A DNA stretch of 64,000 bases from the NCBI GenBank assembly GCA_964556685.1, contig CAZKWX010000001.1, positions 11,417-75,416 on the forward strand, written 5' to 3'. The notes beneath the pieces were generated by a model. It saw only the letters and a list, made by a program, of their open reading frames with translations. It did no database searches and was not told the DNA's origin. Source of the DNA: an uncultured Bdellovibrionales bacterium. Lineage in GTDB: Bacteria; Patescibacteriota; Minisyncoccia; Moranbacterales; DUUL01. A program made the translations under genes and the position numbers. Shown here piece after piece: positions 21,105-29,452 of the stretch. The first letter of the stretch is position 1. Each line of letters opens with the position of its first letter.

Positions 21105-22907
21105 TTATAAAACATCCTTCCAAAAAAGCCTTTCTGTTTTTCCTGACCCTCCTTCTTCATCTGGAGCTAGCTCTTTTTCTTTTTTAGTTGGTAGTTTTTC
21201 TTTTTGGACTTCCAGCTGAAAAACTTCTAACTGTCCAATTTGTTTCGAATCAACTATTTTAGTATAAGGTTGAATTTTTTTGTTGATAGAATTCTTGCCG
21301 CCAGATTTTGTTACTAAAGCAAAAATAGTGTCGACATTTTCCAAGTCACTCGACCCTCCTGCATAGGAATAGTCTATTTCGTTTTGAAGGGAAAGCAAGT
21401 ACTTCGTTGGCAGCATGTATTCTGCTTTAGTGTTATAAATCAATGTCAATCCGGGATTATTTTTGAGCATATACTCAATAGCTTTTTCAAATTGGCCTAA
21501 GGTAACCCCATCTTGGTTTTTGAGAATCAGTGTTCGGTTAGTATCAAAACTTTTTTCTTGAGAAAGTTCGTTTTCCCTGAACCAAGCGCAGGTGCCGAAA
21601 ATATTTAATAATAAGAAAATTGCTGAAATGATAAAAATTAATGGAAGATAATTTTTCACCACTCTTTTTTCTAGTGCCGAAAACCAAAGAGCGATGATGA
21701 TAAATGGGATGGGGAAAACCGGGACAAAATAACGTGGTCTGAGCAGGTACGAAGTAGTAATAGTAACTAAAAAGAACAGTACTATCCAGATAATGAGCAT
21801 GAAAAGAAAGTTTTTATCATTCTGCTTTGATTTAACCTTGTATTCTTTAATGGCCAGATAAATACCAGAAAAAATGAAAAGTAATCCAAACCCAACAGTT
21901 ATGGGGTCAGCTTTGTGGCCTTTTCGGTGACTGAATGAAGTGGTGATCAGTGAATAACCCTTAGCTTGTTCGCGGAAATTTCGAATGATTTTCTTGTGGA
22001 ACTTTTTGTCCTTTGATTTGGCCTCGAAGGCACCAAAAAAGTTTTTAGTGTTTGAAAAATCAGTCTTGAAATCACTAATAATCACTGGGGAATAAATTAT
22101 TCCGAAAATTAAGAGAGTTGTCAAAACATAAAAAAGAGAATTTTTGGAAGAAAGGATGTTTTTAACGTTTCCTGATTGAGGTTTCACCGCGAGTACTCGC
22201 GGTGAAACCTCTCTTGAGCGGTCCCAAATATAATAAACAATGAAAACTACCGAAATTGCAATTAAAGCAAAGGCGGCATAAAAATGAAGTTGCGATGCGA
22301 CAGCAAAGGCAAAGGCCCAAAGAGCAATCCAGCCAATTTTTTTCCAAAGATTCTTATTTTCTTGTAGATGACGCACATGTGCGTCATCTACAGAAGAAAA
22401 ACGCAATAGAGCATAAATTGTCAATAGCATGAAAAACGGCACGGAATTTGGATTCCAGGAGAAACGGGAATACTGAATAATTAAGAAGGAAAAAGAATAA
22501 AGTAATGTGGCTAAAAGAGCTGGCACTGGCTTGAAATAGAGTCGCAAAAATAAATAGAAGAGTGGAATGACTAGAATCGAAAACAGCAAGTCTGGATAGG
22601 CAAAAACGTCAGGGGACGAAGATTTAAAAATCGCACCAGAGGTCCATTGCATGTAATAGTAGGCTGGTCCTAATCGCAAGAAATCTGTGCCACCAGTTTC
22701 AGTTGAGACTTTCGTAGCCCTTGGTCCCAATAGCGGCAAGTTTTCTGCTCCATTTTCAATGGCTGGTTTCAAAAGGGAAGCATCTCGTGCCTGGTCCCAC
22801 TTAAAAAACAGCCAATCATGATGTTGATAGGTTCGAACCCAAATTGCTCCGGCGATGATCAGAACAAGAGCAACGCCAACCCAGATTTTTGTTTTGTTGT
22901 TATTCAT
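21105..22907 (-). CDS. GT-C family membrane glycosyltransferase, paralog 4
   Basis: MNNNKTKIW...VRTYQHHDWLFFKWDQARD. Same architecture as paralogs 2 and 3. Confidence 0.6.
   Translation of the reverse strand: MNNNKTKIWVGVALVLIIAGAIWVRTYQHHDWLFFKWDQARDASLLKPAIENGAENLPLLGPRATKVSTETGGTDFLRLGPAYYYMQWTSGAIFKSSSPDVFAYPDLLFSILVIPLFYLFLRLYFKPVPALLATLLYSFSFLIIQYSRFSWNPNSVPFFMLLTIYALLRFSSVDDAHVRHLQENKNLWKKIGWIALWAFAFAVASQLHFYAAFALIAISVVFIVYYIWDRSREVSPRVLAVKPQSGNVKNILSSKNSLFYVLTTLLIFGIIYSPVIISDFKTDFSNTKNFFGAFEAKSKDKKFHKKIIRNFREQAKGYSLITTSFSHRKGHKADPITVGFGLLFIFSGIYLAIKEYKVKSKQNDKNFLFMLIIWIVLFFLVTITTSYLLRPRYFVPVFPIPFIIIALWFSALEKRVVKNYLPLIFIISAIFLLLNIFGTCAWFRENELSQEKSFDTNRTLILKNQDGVTLGQFEKAIEYMLKNNPGLTLIYNTKAEYMLPTKYLLSLQNEIDYSYAGGSSDLENVDTIFALVTKSGGKNSINKKIQPYTKIVDSKQIGQLEVFQLEVQKEKLPTKKEKELAPDEEGGSGKTERLFWKDVL
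22364..22391. repeat. 28-bp palindrome GTAGATGACGCACATGTGCGTCATCTAC embedded in-frame in the GT-C paralog 4 CDS
   Basis: Near-copy of the 21048 palindrome. Encodes an extra ...DDAHVRHLQ... segment absent from paralogs 2 and 3 at the aligned position. Confidence 0.5.
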
Positions 22908-23094
22908 TCTTGCTCCAGTCTCTGATTAAAATCGTTTTCTTTTCATCATCAACTTCCAATACGACTTTCTGTTTTTCTCTCCACTTCCATTTTCGAACAA
23001 TTTCAATAGGCAATGTTACACCATAGCTAGTTCCACTAGATGTTTTGGTGATTTTTCGAATGAAATGTTCTTCGATTTTTCTTCTAGTTTTCAT
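22900..23094 (-). CDS. AbrB/SpoVT/MazE-family swapped-hairpin DNA-binding protein
   Basis: YGVTLPIEIVRKWKW...VVLEVDDEKKTILIRD matches the AbrB N-domain (VVIPIELRR..G....L.I.VDDEKIIL). Overlaps the paralog 4 start by 8 nt. Confidence 0.55.
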   Translation of the reverse strand: MKTRRKIEEHFIRKITKTSSGTSYGVTLPIEIVRKWKWREKQKVVLEVDDEKKTILIRDWSKNE

Positions 23095-23103
23095 TTTTTT
23101 GCT

Positions 23104-23125
23104 CCACCTGAGATATCTCAGGTGG
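23104..23125. promoter_or_regulatory. 22-bp perfect palindrome CCACCTGAGAT|ATCTCAGGTGG overlapping the RBS of the AbrB-like gene
   Basis: The left arm CCACC is the complement of the GGTGG Shine-Dalgarno of the minus-strand gene starting at 23094. Confidence 0.4.
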
Positions 23126-23162
23126 AAAATATTTTAATGCCTAAGAATGCCTTATTTTGGGG

Positions 23163-24626
23163 TTATTTAGAGGTCTTCTTTTTTAGGGAGTCACGAAACA
23201 TGGTCCAATCTTCTTGCTTGATTTCTTTGAAAATATACAAGAACAACAAATATACAGCAAATAAAATTCCGCCCCAAAGGATGAACATAAATTTTCCTTG
23301 AGGAAGAAAAGAGATGGCGATGAAATAAATCACGATACTAGCTAGAAAGTATTTTAGTAACTTTATATAGTTAATAAACTTGGCCACATTCTTCTGGGAA
23401 AAATAAATTATGACAAACATGACCAAAAGGGAAGTGATTGAGGTGGCGACAGCAGCTCCCATAATGCCATATTGCTGAATCAAAAAGAAACCTAGTATTG
23501 TGTTGGTGACCATGCCAGAAAAAGTGATCCACATTGGAATTCGATTCTTGCCAGCGCCATTGAGAACAAAAGCCAGGGCATAGAAAACCGTCAGGAATCC
23601 AACTCCAAAAGCAAGGATCTGCATTGGCAAATAAGCGGGAATGAAATTTTCGCCATAGAAAAACAAAACGGCCGAAGGTGCGAAAGCGGAGAGCAGAAAT
23701 ACAAAAGGAATCAGCAGCATGAACAAAAAGCGCATCGATTTGTTCATCAGATTTTTTGTTTCTTTGTTCAATCCTTGAGAAGTGGTTTCGGAAATTTTTG
23801 GCAGTAAAATTAAGGTGAGGAAATAGAAAAGATAGAAGGGAATGCGGGCGAGCGTGATGGCCGCGTTGTAGAATCCAGTTAGGGAGTCGTCTTGCAGAAT
23901 TCCTTTGACCATGAAGAGATCGATCGAAATCATGATCTCAAAGAATATCATGAATAAAGTTATTGGCCAGGCAAATTTGATCAGCTTTTTCCAAGTGATT
24001 TCTGATTTTGATTGTATATTTTTCGACTTTAGTTTTTTGTATGGATCAGCAATGAATGCGACGATGAACACGGCCAAAGGAGCCAAAAAGTGGCCCACAA
24101 CGGCTCCAGGGACTGCGAAAATCACAGCTAGTGGAATGATAAAGACCACCTTAGCAAAAGAGCGGAAAAACTTCAGGAATGCTTGTTTTTGGAATTGTTG
24201 AATGCCAACAAAATAATAGACATAGAAGCTGGCCAGAGCGAAAGCTGGGATGATGAGAGAGGAAAGCTGGAAAAGAGGCGTCAGAGTGGGGTCATTAAGA
24301 AGCGTGGCGAAAACAGGCGCCAAAAGGAAATATAAAGTGGTGACGACAACAATCAAAATCAATTGAACTGCCAAAGCATTTTTTCGAATGATGGGAATCT
24401 GATTTTTGTCTTTCTTGAAGATTTCACTCAGATATTTGCTCATTGAAATTGGCACGCCTCGGCCAATCAAAACCACAACCATGGTGGACAAGGTGATGGC
24501 CAAAGCATAGCGACCATAATCTGCCGGACCCAAAACCCGGCCCAAAACTGAGTGGACAATGTAACCAGAAATAGCAAAGGCCATTTCTGCTAGGAGCAAC
24601 CAAATTGAAGCACGGACTAGGGACAT
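23163..24626 (-). CDS. MOP-superfamily polysaccharide flippase (Wzx/MurJ-like)
   Basis: ~14 TM helices, 487 aa. Typical polysaccharide biosynthesis protein topology. Confidence 0.7.
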   Translation of the reverse strand: MSLVRASIWLLLAEMAFAISGYIVHSVLGRVLGPADYGRYALAITLSTMVVVLIGRGVPISMSKYLSEIFKKDKNQIPIIRKNALAVQLILIVVVTTLYFLLAPVFATLLNDPTLTPLFQLSSLIIPAFALASFYVYYFVGIQQFQKQAFLKFFRSFAKVVFIIPLAVIFAVPGAVVGHFLAPLAVFIVAFIADPYKKLKSKNIQSKSEITWKKLIKFAWPITLFMIFFEIMISIDLFMVKGILQDDSLTGFYNAAITLARIPFYLFYFLTLILLPKISETTSQGLNKETKNLMNKSMRFLFMLLIPFVFLLSAFAPSAVLFFYGENFIPAYLPMQILAFGVGFLTVFYALAFVLNGAGKNRIPMWITFSGMVTNTILGFFLIQQYGIMGAAVATSITSLLVMFVIIYFSQKNVAKFINYIKLLKYFLASIVIYFIAISFLPQGKFMFILWGGILFAVYLLFLYIFKEIKQEDWTMFRDSLKKKTSK

Positions 24627-24631
24627 CTGGA

Positions 24632-24683
24632 ATGTATTAGGTATTAATACTTTGTCATTCCCGTGAAGGCGGGAATCTATTAG
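24632..24683. repeat. Family F element (TATTAGGTATTA..TTGTCATTCCCG-loop-CGGGAATCTATTAG)
   Basis: Reverse-complement copy of the element at 55193-55250. Confidence 0.6.
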
Positions 24684-24899
24684 TCAGTGTTTTTTAAAGA
24701 CGTATTCTATATTAACAATAAAATCTTCTCCTTCTTCAATTATATCTATTTGTTTATCAATCACTTCATATCGCCCAGCCTTTTCAGAACTATCCTTTTT
24801 AAAGCTTAAAATATCTCCAATGGATAGAGGCATTCCTCCTTGAATAGAGACAACCTCTTCTTTTCCATCAATAATTATTTTTGTATTTTTCTTGATCAT
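24684..24899 (-). CDS. hypothetical small protein
   Basis: 71-aa ORF in an operon-like arrangement downstream of the Tmk-like gene. No recognisable motif. Confidence 0.3.
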   Translation of the reverse strand: MIKKNTKIIIDGKEEVVSIQGGMPLSIGDILSFKKDSSEKAGRYEVIDKQIDIIEEGEDFIVNIEYVFKKH

Positions 24900-24903
24900 T
24901 TTT

Positions 24904-25497
24904 CTAATTATTTATTACTGATTGGAGTTCTTCGAAAACTTCATCCCGGCTTTGTTCGCCATCGATCACAGTCATTTTCCACCGCTTACAAAAAATTCTG
25001 TAAAGCTTCCTTTTATCGTGCAGATAATCAGGGCTCTGATCAATCGATTTTTCACGATTAAGAACGGCATCGGGTGAAACGTCAATGAAAATATAATAAT
25101 CAGGCGGAACAATCTTTTTTTCTGCCGAGCCTAGCAGGCCTTTAATGTTTCTCTCACCCTCTAAGTAGAGGATGTTGACTATTTGATCATAGAAATACCT
25201 GTCGGTGATGACATAGTCGTTGCCAGCTTTTTCCAATCGATCATAATATTTTTTGAATCTCGTTAGGTCAATCAATAATCCAATTTTTCGCAAAAAGATT
25301 TTGAAAAACCCAGCCGAAGTAACCGACTTGCTTTTCTTGTCTTTCGGTCTTCTCCTTAAGGTGGTGTTAGCAATAGAAAAATCAAGCACGTGAAAATATT
25401 GAACGGTTTTTCCGTTTTTCTCGAGATCATCTTTGAGCCTTTCGACTTGAGTGGATTTTCCGGAACCATCAATTCCAGAAATAGAAATGATTTTCAT
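24904..25497 (-). CDS. thymidylate kinase-family P-loop kinase (Tmk-like)
   Basis: GIDGSGKST P-loop and a DRY-like motif (ITDRYFYD) match the dTMP kinase family. Diverges elsewhere. Confidence 0.55.
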   Translation of the reverse strand: MKIISISGIDGSGKSTQVERLKDDLEKNGKTVQYFHVLDFSIANTTLRRRPKDKKSKSVTSAGFFKIFLRKIGLLIDLTRFKKYYDRLEKAGNDYVITDRYFYDQIVNILYLEGERNIKGLLGSAEKKIVPPDYYIFIDVSPDAVLNREKSIDQSPDYLHDKRKLYRIFCKRWKMTVIDGEQSRDEVFEELQSVINN

Positions 25498-26039
25498 TTT
25501 TTATATATTCTAAGCAAATAGGATGCTGCAAATAGCTGAATTGTACCCATGACAAAAAATAGCACTGTGAAAGATGAATAATTCACAATCAGCCCACCAA
25601 CAATAATAGCTATTCCAGCAATAATAATCCATACGCCTTCAGCTAGTCCCCAAGCAAAACCACTTTTCTTCCTAGTTGTGCTTTCTGCGTACAATGCATC
25701 CCAGGTAGGCATGATAAAAGCGGAACCGATGCCAATGCCAGCTTGAACTAACAGTAACTCAATCGGTGAGGAAACTAGCAAATACCCATAAGTAAACAGA
25801 GCTACAATAAAGAAACCAATAATCAGCAGTTTTTCTTTGGAGATGTTTTTATCTGAATATTTTCCAACTAAAATTGTTGTCAGTCCCATTAATATTAAAT
25901 AAACAGCCCAAGCCCATGAAATGTCTAATATGTTGCCTCCAACTTGCTGCCCGAAAACTGCAAAGAGGGGGCCGAGCATTCCTGCGCTCAATGACCATAA
26001 GCCAATGCCTATTAATAATGTTCTTCCGTTTTTGTTCAT
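25494..26039 (-). CDS. MFS-like 6-TM membrane protein (half-size)
   Basis: Six predicted TM helices with MFS-like loops. Only half the usual 12-TM length. ATG at 26039 (the tool ORF starts at GTG 26063). Confidence 0.4.
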   Translation of the reverse strand: MNKNGRTLLIGIGLWSLSAGMLGPLFAVFGQQVGGNILDISWAWAVYLILMGLTTILVGKYSDKNISKEKLLIIGFFIVALFTYGYLLVSSPIELLLVQAGIGIGSAFIMPTWDALYAESTTRKKSGFAWGLAEGVWIIIAGIAIIVGGLIVNYSSFTVLFFVMGTIQLFAASYLLRIYKK

Positions 26040-26070
26040 CGTCAATAAGGTAATACGAAACACCTATCTA

Positions 26071-26208
26071 TCCCTCCCCTTGGTAAAGGGAGGTTGGGAG
26101 GGGTTCGTCAGAATGTCAGGAGTCGCCGACCATTTTAACTAACTCCCCGAGCAAAGCTCATCCGCTTCGCTCCACTCCACTCTTACCAAGAGGGGGAAAA
26201 GAAATGAA
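26071..26208. repeat. Family A composite repeat (GGGTTCGTCAGAATGTCAGGAGTCGCC...CTAACTCCCCGAGCAAAGCTCATCCGCTTCGCTCCACTCTTACCAAGAGGGGGAA)
   Basis: A ~100-nt core recurs at 47141, 54515, 60195 and partially at 30381. It contains three internal hairpins. Confidence 0.75.
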
Positions 26209-26226
26209 TTTCTCAATTTAAAATAG

Positions 26227-27717
26227 TTAATACATCAAAACTGCTACAGGCATCATTTTGGCAACCGGCTTCATGACGCCATTGGTTTTGAGGCCTTCAA
26301 TAGCTTTATCCGGATTTTTATAATGAGCTGCATCCTGTTCGATCACGCCTTTTGAGGCGGCGTTGTAGAGCTTGACTCCTCGACGATTCATTTTGTCAAA
26401 AAGCACTTTTTTATTTTCTGGCACTTCAGATGTTTTGGTTTTAGATTTTCCGGTGCCGTGAGCGGCCGAAAAGTAGGCTGATTCGTTGTCATTTGTCCCA
26501 ACTCCAAAGTAAGCTGGAGTGCTCATAGAAGAAGGCATGAAAACAGGCTCGCCAGTTTGGGCAAATTTTGTTCCTTGCATTCTTTCTGGTCCAAAGGCCC
26601 GGGTGGTGTTCTGACGGTGAATCATCAAATCTTTACCAAAGTGATTTTCTTTTTTTGCATAAACATGGTTCATGTCATAGATCAGATTCAGCGAATCTTT
26701 CTTGCCCAAAATTTCTTCGATGGTTCTCTTGAGATGAAATTGAATCATGGTTCGATTGGCAAAGCCCATATTGGAAGCAGCTCGGTGAGCTGTGAAATAG
26801 TTTCTTCCCAAATCGCTGTCGGCCTTGAAAGAGAAGAATTCTTTTTTGTCTTTATATTTAGGCACTTCGGTTTCAATTGTTCGGTGCCAATCGATTTTGT
26901 TGTTGAGGAAGAAAAATCGTCCCATTTCCAAAATTGCTCTTTGGCTCAGATGTTCCTTGATTTTAGGAGTATAAAAATAGCTGGCATATTGGCCAAATAA
27001 TCCTGATCCTGTGTGAATCCAAAAAACATATTGACCTTTTTTCAGGTTGAATTTTTGAGCAGCGTCTTCGTCTAAAACATCAGTAACTTTCATCAGATCT
27101 ACAAAGTGATTGCCAGCGGCTCCCAAAATTCCCAGGCGGAATTGCCCAAAACGGAAAAACCAGCGAGGGAGAGAATTGTACAAATCTTTTTTGGTCACTT
27201 TTTCATCTTCAAACATGTTGCCCTCAGAGTGGACATTCTTGAACTGCTCGACGTCATCTTGCAACCACTCAGAAAGTGCTCGAGAACCTCTTTGGCAGAT
27301 GTCTAAAACGACTCGAAGGGGAACATAGGTGCCAAAGTATGTTTTGGTAGGAATTACTTCAACTAATTTCTTGAAAAGCTCATCAATTTGTTCTTCTTTC
27401 AAATTTTCCTCGCTAAAGGGCGTGCTCATCAATCGCATCCCGCAATTTGGTGCGGTGTCTAAAAGTTGAGGCATGAAATGATTTTCTGTGGCTACCACAG
27501 TTCCTCCGGCATTTCTCCGGCCAGGCTTCTTATGAACATCAGTCATGGCTGCAACATGCGCAACTACGTAAGAATCAGATGCCACATCAACCAGCTGCCC
27601 TATGGTTTCATCATCAGGCATCAGTTCGTCAGAGACATGAAAAATCACCGGAACTTTTTGATTTCCTGAAGGCTGTAAAATTTTTTTATAATCAGATATT
27701 TTTTCGAATTGATTCAT
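26227..27717 (-). CDS. rtcB: RtcB-family RNA ligase
   Basis: HVAAMTDVHKK, NCGMR, GNHFVD and AAHGTGK motifs characteristic of RtcB. 496 aa. Confidence 0.8.
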   Translation of the reverse strand: MNQFEKISDYKKILQPSGNQKVPVIFHVSDELMPDDETIGQLVDVASDSYVVAHVAAMTDVHKKPGRRNAGGTVVATENHFMPQLLDTAPNCGMRLMSTPFSEENLKEEQIDELFKKLVEVIPTKTYFGTYVPLRVVLDICQRGSRALSEWLQDDVEQFKNVHSEGNMFEDEKVTKKDLYNSLPRWFFRFGQFRLGILGAAGNHFVDLMKVTDVLDEDAAQKFNLKKGQYVFWIHTGSGLFGQYASYFYTPKIKEHLSQRAILEMGRFFFLNNKIDWHRTIETEVPKYKDKKEFFSFKADSDLGRNYFTAHRAASNMGFANRTMIQFHLKRTIEEILGKKDSLNLIYDMNHVYAKKENHFGKDLMIHRQNTTRAFGPERMQGTKFAQTGEPVFMPSSMSTPAYFGVGTNDNESAYFSAAHGTGKSKTKTSEVPENKKVLFDKMNRRGVKLYNAASKGVIEQDAAHYKNPDKAIEGLKTNGVMKPVAKMMPVAVLMY

Positions 27718-27753
27718 TTATGCTATGATAATGAAAAAGAAAGGAGGTTTGTC

Positions 27754-27972
27754 ATGCAAGCACTTAATAATTTCTGCGCAAATTTATCTAAATTCTTTAT
27801 TTTTCCAATAGGAATGGTTTATCTGAGTTTATCATTCGCCTGCCAATCTCGAAGTGCAGGCTTAGGGTCTTGTATCGTGCTAAATTGCTACGCGACTGCC
27901 ATAATTGGCATACTTATAATGATCTACGTCGTATCACCGATGTACACTAGGTATCAAAGAGGGAAAAAATAA
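27754..27972 (+). CDS. small membrane protein (hypothetical)
   Basis: AGGAGG Shine-Dalgarno 7 nt upstream of the ATG at 27754. Two hydrophobic helices. Confidence 0.3.
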   Translation: MQALNNFCANLSKFFIFPIGMVYLSLSFACQSRSAGLGSCIVLNCYATAIIGILIMIYVVSPMYTRYQRGKK

Positions 27973-27996
27973 AATGGAAAACAAATATCAATCTTG

Positions 27997-28019
27997 AGGA
28001 CCCATGAATTCGGGTCCTC
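27997..28019. terminator. hairpin GAGGACCC-ATGAATT-CGGGTCCTC between convergent genes
   Basis: 8-bp GC-rich perfect stem between the 27754(+) and 28025(-) genes. Only a weak U-tract. Confidence 0.4.
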
Positions 28020-28024
28020 AAAGC

Positions 28025-29200
28025 TTATAGGCTCTCATAAACTTCAGCATACTCCTTAGCTGTTTTTTTTATGTCAAAATTTTCCTGGGCAAATTTTCTA
28101 GCATTAGAGCCGATTCGGTCTAGTGTGACTGGGTTGTTTTTTAAATATTCAATTGTCTTAGCCAAAGTTTCAGGATCGGCTTTGGGAACGATAACCCCAT
28201 TTTCTCCATCCCTGACGAACTCTTTTAAAACAGGCAGATCTGAAATAACAACAGCTCTTCCACAAGCCATCGGTTCAACGATAGCATAGGGAATGTCAAA
28301 TTTTCCTTCCATTTTACGCGCTGGGAAAATATTTAAATCAGTCGTATTAAAAAGTCTGGCAATGTCATTAAAATAGTCCAAAAACACCACCTGCTTATCA
28401 TAGCCCGATTTCTTCAGTCTTTCAATCACTGCCTCTTTCTTCTTTTTATCTTCAGGAGATTTTATTCGTACAGTCATAATCAGCTTATATTTCAAATCTT
28501 TTTTCCAAAGAATTTCCATCGCATCAATCACATCATCAACTGTTTTTTCATTCATCTTGGTGTATTCTCCAGTATACTGGAGAAGGAAATCTTCAGAAGA
28601 AAATCCCAATTCTTGAATCAGCTGCTCGTCTTTTGCTGTAGGGGAATATTCTTCTAAATCAATCCCGGGGTATATTGTAGCGGTATTCTCAATGCCTACC
28701 TTATTCAGTTTTTCTTCGGTGTGATTGGATTGAGTGATAACTTTATCAGTGAAGAAAACTTTTCTCAGTTTTTTATTATTCCCACATGTAGAGTTGAGAC
28801 ATTGCCTCGACTCTACGGATGGCAAGGCAGCTACGGTTTGGATGGTTTTGGCCTTAGAAAATGACAAACGTAGTTTTATCATGAATGAAGTCAAAGAGCG
28901 AGGAGTGAAAAGGAAGTGAATAGCGTCTGCGTTCAGCTTGAAGCGATAAAGTCTCATGAGCAATCTCAGCTTTGACCAAGCGCCGAATTTGGTGGAACTA
29001 TAAATTGGTTCTGGTTTTGCTTCGGCCAAATAGCCTTCCTTTTTCTCTTCTTTCTTTTTAATCTCCTTAGCAAACTCTTGGGTGGTCAACACTTCAAACT
29101 CAAAATCACCCTCAACATTTTGAGATAATTCATAGGCTAAATTTTTCGATGCCTCATCCCAGGGTGGAGCCAATGGGCGAGTGTAGAGGAGAATTTTCAA
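28025..29200 (-). CDS. glycosyltransferase family 1 (GT4-like)
   Basis: C-terminal EGKFDIPYAIVEPMACGRAVVISDLPVLKEFV...GENG is the GT1 E-x7-E type motif. Apparent TTG start. Confidence 0.8.
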   Translation of the reverse strand: MKILLYTRPLAPPWDEASKNLAYELSQNVEGDFEFEVLTTQEFAKEIKKKEEKKEGYLAEAKPEPIYSSTKFGAWSKLRLLMRLYRFKLNADAIHFLFTPRSLTSFMIKLRLSFSKAKTIQTVAALPSVESRQCLNSTCGNNKKLRKVFFTDKVITQSNHTEEKLNKVGIENTATIYPGIDLEEYSPTAKDEQLIQELGFSSEDFLLQYTGEYTKMNEKTVDDVIDAMEILWKKDLKYKLIMTVRIKSPEDKKKKEAVIERLKKSGYDKQVVFLDYFNDIARLFNTTDLNIFPARKMEGKFDIPYAIVEPMACGRAVVISDLPVLKEFVRDGENGVIVPKADPETLAKTIEYLKNNPVTLDRIGSNARKFAQENFDIKKTAKEYAEVYESL

Positions 29201-29321
29201 TTTCAGATTTTAAATTTATAATTTCAATTTTGTAATTAATCAGGTTTCGTTTCTTGAAGCTAAGCTTCGCAGCCGTTACTTTATGTAAAAGTTGACTTAG
29301 AATAAAATCTACTTATACTTG

Positions 29322-29452
29322 AGTTGGGCAGGATGGTTAGGTGACGTATACCTTTTACAGAGCGGACTTGGTCCTTTTAAAAGCTGTTAGGTGGGGACTA
29401 AGTTCGTTGTATATCAAACTTGGCCGTTCTGCCCATTTTTTATAGGTCAATG
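29322..29452 (+). ncRNA. candidate structured small RNA (closing stem TGGGCAGGA...TCTGCCCA plus U-tract)
   Basis: ~125-nt intergenic segment whose ends pair (TTGGGCAG / CTGCCCA), followed by TTTTTTAT on the + strand. Internal hairpins GGACTTGGTCC and GGTGACGTATACC. Confidence 0.2.
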
